From IMG/VR virus record IMGVR_UViG_3300012933_000135: a stretch of 50,204 nucleotides of DNA. One strand, 5' to 3'. A program made the translations under genes and the position numbers. Shown here piece by piece: positions 44,751 through 50,204 of this stretch (position 1 is its first letter; each line of letters begins with the position of its first letter). The stretch comes from an uncultured virus (IMG/VR IMGVR_UViG_3300012933_000135). Its lineage: Duplodnaviria > Heunggongvirae > Uroviricota > Caudoviricetes. The notes below the pieces were generated by a model that made no database searches, was not told the origin of the DNA, and saw only the letters and a list, made by a program, of their open reading frames with translations.

Positions 44751-46220
44751 ATGGCATATACCATTAATCATTACGATGGATCGCAAGGCTCTGTAATCGC
44801 AGACGGTACCATAGATAATACATTTGATCTAAAACTGATCGGTAAAAACTACGCTGGCTACGGTGAAGTTCAGAACGAAAATTTGCTATTTTTATTAGAA
44901 AATTTCGCCGGAACAACACAGCCGGGCAAAGCCACAAGAGGCCAGATTTGGTTTGATAGTGGCAATAGAAAGTTAAAGTTCTTTGACGGAACAAAATTTC
45001 GTACCACAGGTGGCGCTGAAATCGGCACATCTGCTCCAACAGGGTTAACAATTGGCGACTTTTGGTGGGATACTGCGAACGAGCAACTATATGCTTGTAC
45101 AGATGGTACACACTTTGCACTAATTGGTCCACAGGGTGTTACTGGTAGCGGTACAACACAGATGATTTCTCGTAGTATTCAAGATACTAACGGTGAACCT
45201 CATCCTATTATCGAAGCTGTTATTAACGATCAAACAGTTTTCATTATTTCTAAAGATGAGTTTGCAATTAATGAAGATGATGTTACATCTGAATACAGCT
45301 TTATTAAGAATGGTTTAACACTTGCATACAGCCCAACTGGCGTAACTAGCACAGACTTTAGATTCTACGGTACTGCTACTAACGCTGACAAGCTAGGCGG
45401 CATCTCTGCATCGAACTTTGTTCAAGCAGGTGCAGCTGACTTCTCTGGTAGCAAGGTTCACTTTGGTGATTTAGGTTATACAGTAGGCGGTAATACAAAT
45501 GCGCAGTCTACATTGCAAGTATACATTGATTCAGGTACTACTCCAATTGTACAAAACAATCAAAACGACACTATAATTTTTAAAACTACAGTTGGAGGCG
45601 CACCTAAGACTCCTTTAGTATTAAAAGGTTCAAACATTTTACCAGGTCTTGATATTGTATCAGACATTGGTTCAACTTCCTTTAAGTTTGCAAACATGTA
45701 TGCTACTACCTTTAATGGTACTGCTACACAGGCAAATAGTTTAAACGTTGACGGTTACTTTAGAACAACTAGTGTTGCACCAAGTGCAAATACTATTCCT
45801 GTTAGAGATAGCTCGGGCAACATTTATGCTAATATTTTCCAAGGTACTGCTACCGCAGCACAATTTGCTGACTTGGCAGAAAAATATCTTGCTGATGGCG
45901 AATACGAAATTGGTACTGTTTTAATGGTGGGCGGCGAAAAAGAAGTTACTCCTTGCCAAGTTGGATTCCGTGCTATCGGTCCTGTATCAGGATCACCTGC
46001 ATACATGATGAACAAAGACTTGGAAGGCGGCACATACGTTGCTCTAAAAGGTCGTGTTCCAGTTAAAGTAACTGGCGCTGTTCTTAAAGGTCAACGCTTA
46101 GTAGCTGGTCCTAATGGAACTGCTCAAGCAGCTATGGGAAATAACGCAGATGCATTTGCAATTGCACTAGAATCTAGTAATGAAGCTGGTGTTAGTGTAA
46201 TCGAAGCAATTACATTGTAA
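44751..46220 (+). CDS. Tail fibre-like protein with C-terminal intramolecular-chaperone (peptidase G2-like) domain
   Basis: Shared N-terminal LIGKNYAGYG..NEN...LLENFA; C-terminal ADLAEKY...GTV...VALKGRVPVKVTG.V.KGQRLV. Confidence 0.65.
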   Translation: MAYTINHYDGSQGSVIADGTIDNTFDLKLIGKNYAGYGEVQNENLLFLLENFAGTTQPGKATRGQIWFDSGNRKLKFFDGTKFRTTGGAEIGTSAPTGLTIGDFWWDTANEQLYACTDGTHFALIGPQGVTGSGTTQMISRSIQDTNGEPHPIIEAVINDQTVFIISKDEFAINEDDVTSEYSFIKNGLTLAYSPTGVTSTDFRFYGTATNADKLGGISASNFVQAGAADFSGSKVHFGDLGYTVGGNTNAQSTLQVYIDSGTTPIVQNNQNDTIIFKTTVGGAPKTPLVLKGSNILPGLDIVSDIGSTSFKFANMYATTFNGTATQANSLNVDGYFRTTSVAPSANTIPVRDSSGNIYANIFQGTATAAQFADLAEKYLADGEYEIGTVLMVGGEKEVTPCQVGFRAIGPVSGSPAYMMNKDLEGGTYVALKGRVPVKVTGAVLKGQRLVAGPNGTAQAAMGNNADAFAIALESSNEAGVSVIEAITL

Positions 46221-46232
46221 TAGGATAATAAA

Positions 46233-47129
46233 ATGGCAGGTCTAGGTACATTAATTAGAGCGTCTGACTACAATAGTATTCAGGCAAAGATTGCACTAAA
46301 CTTGGGAACAGGTTCCGGCAACCGTGGATACGGGCAAGCAGTCTCAAGCGGACAAGTTGTACCGGGCGACAAAATTTCCGTAAGTCAATGGGCAAATTTG
46401 AGAAATGATTTGCTTAAAGCACGTCAGCACCAAACAGGTCTTAACGAAAGTGATAACTTAACAATTCCTCTTAATAGTAGTTTATTGACAGAGGCATTGC
46501 GTTTACAATACGACACCATGTCAACTACGATTGACACTAACAGATTTGCACTAGGCGCCGGCCAATACACACTTGAAAATACAATTTCACCTGCAACTAG
46601 AACAGCAGCATGGAATGGCACACTAACTAATACGCTAACTCTTAATTTTGCTAGTGCAGACCACCTTCGTAATTTCTTTAACTCTGGCGGCAATATCCAA
46701 GTTTCGTCAGCATTAGCTGTAGGTTCAAGTACTAACAAAAATAATACTTGGGCAACAATGCTATCAGCATCTGGAGTTGTTACAATTGGTAAAGATTCTG
46801 TTTCTTCAAATGGTTCTTCTCCAGGTACTACATATGCATTTGGTTACCACCAGTTGTCGATTACACCAGGTAATCAAACAGTTTACTGGAAACCTGCTCC
46901 TACTGGCATGTATGCAGAAAATGATTACTACATTTATGCTAGAGTAGATAACAATCAGCTCATCATCACTAGTGAATTTAGAGACGATGATGCCGGCGAC
47001 CAAACAGGTTCAGGTGCACCTGAAGATGAAAACGTAACAGGAACATTAACAAATACTGTCCAAATGTTACGTGCAACTGGCGTAAACGTTTCTATCGCAG
47101 CTCCGACTGCTTCTCAGCTCGGATTCTAA
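46233..47129 (+). CDS. Putative virion structural protein
   Basis: In the fibre operon; I.ASDYN.I...LGTGSG..GYGQ, QW.NLRND, FFNSGG; Ser/Thr/Gly/Asn-rich. Confidence 0.55.
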   Translation: MAGLGTLIRASDYNSIQAKIALNLGTGSGNRGYGQAVSSGQVVPGDKISVSQWANLRNDLLKARQHQTGLNESDNLTIPLNSSLLTEALRLQYDTMSTTIDTNRFALGAGQYTLENTISPATRTAAWNGTLTNTLTLNFASADHLRNFFNSGGNIQVSSALAVGSSTNKNNTWATMLSASGVVTIGKDSVSSNGSSPGTTYAFGYHQLSITPGNQTVYWKPAPTGMYAENDYYIYARVDNNQLIITSEFRDDDAGDQTGSGAPEDENVTGTLTNTVQMLRATGVNVSIAAPTASQLGF

Positions 47130-47182
47130 TCTTTCACTTTTAAAAATAGATAATTACTTGATACATTCAAGTGAGATTATCT

Positions 47183-47533
47183 ATGGACGAAAGATTAGAA
47201 AAGGCGTTTGCTGTAGCCAACTATATGGCTACTTTATCAAACCAAAAACGTGTCATTAAAGAAGAATACAATCAAAAATTAGTATACTACATTAATGGCG
47301 CAACGTTTAAAACAACCCCTGACTTAATCAGTTTTACAAAAACAATGTTAGATTTAGGGCACACTACTGATGTTCCGTTTCTTGATGCTAACGGTGTACC
47401 AGTTGTAATTGCAAATGTGCAAGAATTTTTTGATAACATTGTATCTGTATACTTTGAAGCATTGAATGTATATGCTGTAAAATTTAACGAAATTAAATCT
47501 AAGCGCAAGATTACGGATATTGTTACTCTATGA
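47183..47533 (+). CDS. Hypothetical protein (possible fibre assembly/chaperone)
   Basis: Likely ATG 47183 (MDERLEKA); stop overlaps the next start (ATGA). Confidence 0.5.
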   Translation: MDERLEKAFAVANYMATLSNQKRVIKEEYNQKLVYYINGATFKTTPDLISFTKTMLDLGHTTDVPFLDANGVPVVIANVQEFFDNIVSVYFEALNVYAVKFNEIKSKRKITDIVTL

Positions 47534-48393
47534 CACATGGTGCATTAATTTTTGCACAAAACAATGCAGTCATTGATTATACAAAACTTGCAATTTTTTC
47601 TGCTAAACAAGTAATTAAACATTTGGGCATTCCGGTTACTATTGTAACTGACAACGCCAAGTGGTTACATACTGCGTACCCAGAAAGTGTTGGCATATTT
47701 GATAAGATAGTTGAAATTAGTAACACTGTAGATCCTAAGGTGCAAACTAAGAAGTTCTATGATGGATCATTAGCATATAACAAACAAGAGTGGAAAAATC
47801 ACTCTAGAGTACAGGCGTACGATTTATCTCCTTACGATAAGACATTGGTAATTGATAGTGACTACATTATTAATTCTAACACACTAAAAGCTGCATTTGC
47901 ATCTGATCACGAATTTCAAATTTATCAAACATCAATGGATTTGGCCAGCTGGCGCGACACATCTAGCTTTAATAGAATAAATCAGCGGTCAATTTTATTT
48001 TATTGGGCAACTGCTTTTGTTTTTGAGAAGACTCCTGTTACTCGAGCATTCTTTGCATTGATTACTCACATTAAAGAAAACTGGGAATACTACAGAGTTC
48101 TATACACAATTGACTCATTAGTTTATAGAAATGACTTTGCTTTTAGTATTGCAATTTATATTATGAACGGTAACGTTGATAACAATCAATTCTCTATGCC
48201 GCTGCCTGGCAACATGGTCTATATCACTGATAGAGACTTGCTGATTAATATGCAAGATGATAAGATGCAATTCTTAGTTGAAAAAGAAATGCATCGAGGT
48301 GAATATACTGCTGTAAAAACTACTGGCATGGATGTACACGTAATGAACAAACACAGTCTAACACGATTTATCGACGGAGGCGCAGGTGTCTAA
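47530..48393 (+). CDS. GT-A fold glycosyltransferase-like protein
   Basis: AYDLSPYDKTLVIDSDY (DxD), RNDFAFSIA; paralogous to the next gene. Confidence 0.65.
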   Translation: MTHGALIFAQNNAVIDYTKLAIFSAKQVIKHLGIPVTIVTDNAKWLHTAYPESVGIFDKIVEISNTVDPKVQTKKFYDGSLAYNKQEWKNHSRVQAYDLSPYDKTLVIDSDYIINSNTLKAAFASDHEFQIYQTSMDLASWRDTSSFNRINQRSILFYWATAFVFEKTPVTRAFFALITHIKENWEYYRVLYTIDSLVYRNDFAFSIAIYIMNGNVDNNQFSMPLPGNMVYITDRDLLINMQDDKMQFLVEKEMHRGEYTAVKTTGMDVHVMNKHSLTRFIDGGAGV

Positions 48394-49237
48394 AGGATTT
48401 TTAGTTCTCGCACAAAATACAGATACTGTAGACTATGTTAAGCAAGCATACGCTCTTGCATTAAGCATCAAAGCCACACAGTCTACAGTAACAAACTTGT
48501 CTATTATTACAAATGATCCAGTGCCTGATCATTATAGAGAAGTATTTGATCAAGTACTTGAAGTAGCATGGTCTGACATCGCATACAATCCTGAGTGGAA
48601 AGTTGAGAATCGTTGGAAGTTACATTACCAATCACCGTACGATGAAACAATCGTATTAGATGCTGACATGCTAATCTTAGATGATTTAACACATTGGTGG
48701 GATCACTGTAGTAATAAAGAACTAGTTTTCTGTTCTACTATTCGAAATTTTAAAAATGAGATTATCGAAAAAGATATATTTCACCGCAAGGCATTTATTA
48801 ACAATGAGTTATCAAATCCCTATGTAGCAGTACACTACTTTAAGAAAGATTCTATACTAGCGTATGAGTTTTATAAAGTGTTAGAATTTGTATTTAAAAA
48901 CTGGGAGTTGTGTTACAAGAAATTTGCTCCTAAAAATTATCAGAATTGGCTAAGTTTTGACATGTCAGCCGCAGTTGCTATTGAGATGATGGGTATTGAA
49001 AATCAAGTAATTGACATTGGATCACCGATAGAGTTTGTACATATGAAACCTGCAATCCAGGGAATATGGCCACCTCCTGCGTGTTGGCAAGAGTCAATCC
49101 ACCATTACTTTAATAACCATAACGAATTATTAATAGGTAACTATCGTCAACATTATGCTCTACATTATGTAGAAAAAGATTTTGTGACAGACGACTTAAT
49201 TACTAAATTAGAAAAGAGAGCCCATGGAAGAATTTGA
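48386..49237 (+). CDS. GT-A fold glycosyltransferase-like protein
   Basis: YVKQAYALALSIK, SPYDETIVLDADML (DxD), FVHMKP, LHY. Confidence 0.7.
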   Translation: MSKGFLVLAQNTDTVDYVKQAYALALSIKATQSTVTNLSIITNDPVPDHYREVFDQVLEVAWSDIAYNPEWKVENRWKLHYQSPYDETIVLDADMLILDDLTHWWDHCSNKELVFCSTIRNFKNEIIEKDIFHRKAFINNELSNPYVAVHYFKKDSILAYEFYKVLEFVFKNWELCYKKFAPKNYQNWLSFDMSAAVAIEMMGIENQVIDIGSPIEFVHMKPAIQGIWPPPACWQESIHHYFNNHNELLIGNYRQHYALHYVEKDFVTDDLITKLEKRAHGRI

Positions 49238-49847
49238 AGACGACGAGATAGAATATCTATCAGAAGAAGACCTTGCTGCAACGCTTGCAGTGTCGACGTT
49301 TAGCAATGTGTACTATGTATATTTTGAAGAGAATGGAGACATCTCTTCAGTTTCTAATGAGAAAAAAGAAGGTAAGATGAACTTCTTAGAGTTTGATTAC
49401 CAAGATGTTGAACAGTTTATAACTGGTACAGAAAGCATCATTAACTATCGCTTGTCTTTAATGGATAAGGATACTCCTGCACTTGTTGAAAAAGGTCAGC
49501 ATCTATTTGATAGTAACAAAAGCATTTTTACACCTATTGACTTAAAAGATACTGGCACATTAATGATTACATGGAATCATAAAGATTGCCAATGGGAGTT
49601 TAGTTTAGATGAAGAATATAAAGATAGATTACGCTCGTTAGGGTTAACTACTACGCTGTTATTCTTTATTGCACTTGATAAAAATGTAAATTTTTTAATA
49701 AGAACAATTAAAGTTGATATGCGCCAACTAACATCTACTCCTAAAGTAATAGTACCATTCCATCACGATTCAGAACGAGACTTGAATACTATCTCAGTTA
49801 GTTCTAAGAAATTTTTTGATTCCTACGGATTAGTAGCATATGAGTAA
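49224..49847 (+). CDS. Hypothetical protein
   Basis: Acidic N-terminus; overlaps both neighbours. Confidence 0.6.
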   Translation: MEEFEDDEIEYLSEEDLAATLAVSTFSNVYYVYFEENGDISSVSNEKKEGKMNFLEFDYQDVEQFITGTESIINYRLSLMDKDTPALVEKGQHLFDSNKSIFTPIDLKDTGTLMITWNHKDCQWEFSLDEEYKDRLRSLGLTTTLLFFIALDKNVNFLIRTIKVDMRQLTSTPKVIVPFHHDSERDLNTISVSSKKFFDSYGLVAYE

Positions 49848-50204
49848 ATTAAAGATTGTAGATTTTGATATTATTTTTCTTAGCTATGACGAACCAAATG
49901 CTGAGAAAAACTATGCTGATTTAATTGCAAAAGTGCCTTGGGCAAAGCGAGTACATGGCGTAGAAGGTAGTGATGCAGCGCATAAGGCTTGTGCAAATCT
50001 AAGTGAAACTGATCGATTTGTTACAGTGGACGCTGACAACATAGTACGCGATGATTTCTTAAATCAAGAATTAGACTTTGACGAAAATAAAGATTTGAGC
50101 AAATGTGTTATTAGCTGGGCTGGCCATAATGTTATTAACGGACTAATGTATGGCAACGGCGGCCTAAAACTATGGCCTAAGGAATATGTGCTTAACATGA
50201 AAAC
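49840..50204 (+). CDS. Glycosyltransferase-like protein, N-terminal part (runs off the right edge; missing from the ORF track)
   Basis: Read by hand: MSKLKIVDFDIIFLSYDEPNAEKNY...RVHGVEGSDAAHKACA...FVTVDADNIV...NGLMYGNGGLKLWP (DxD motif). Confidence 0.65.
   Translation, partial: MSKLKIVDFDIIFLSYDEPNAEKNYADLIAKVPWAKRVHGVEGSDAAHKACANLSETDRFVTVDADNIVRDDFLNQELDFDENKDLSKCVISWAGHNVINGLMYGNGGLKLWPKEYVLNMK

Noticed and set aside
1344..48692. Many 60-200 aa antisense or alternate-frame ORFs inside long genes (e.g. 4456-4821, 43758-44351)
   Set aside because: Shadow ORFs expected from codon bias; no RBS, promoter or recognisable motifs.

Overview
Part of a large, AT-rich, T4-like (contractile-tailed) dsDNA bacteriophage genome, with one assembly gap (N run 12705-13030). 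Left to right: (1) a partial tape-measure-like gene (-) divergent from a gp26-like hub/tail chaperone, with a gp51-like ORF joined to it by an apparent -1 frameshift site; (2) a probable virion/internal protein; (3) a ~480 bp intergenic region, very rich in hairpins, pseudoknot-type complementarity and duplicated motifs, directly downstream of a stand-alone GIY-YIG-family gene; (4) a minus-strand operon (gp55-like late sigma factor, gp47/Mre11, gp46/Rad50, two small ORFs, GIY-YIG) behind a perfect sigma70 promoter; (5) a long plus-strand baseplate/tail module (gp53-, gp5-, gp25-, gp6-like genes, a 4815-aa giant virion protein, several fibre/adhesin/lectin genes), interrupted by an inverted two-gene cassette with a QueC-like PP-loop enzyme; (6) a cluster of DxD glycosyltransferase-like genes. 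T4-late-type (N)ATAAATA promoters precede most structural units. The best candidate for an undescribed system is the GIY-YIG protein plus the large structured RNA/ssDNA-hairpin element at 3069-3979. All product calls come from motif recognition by eye; no database search was run.
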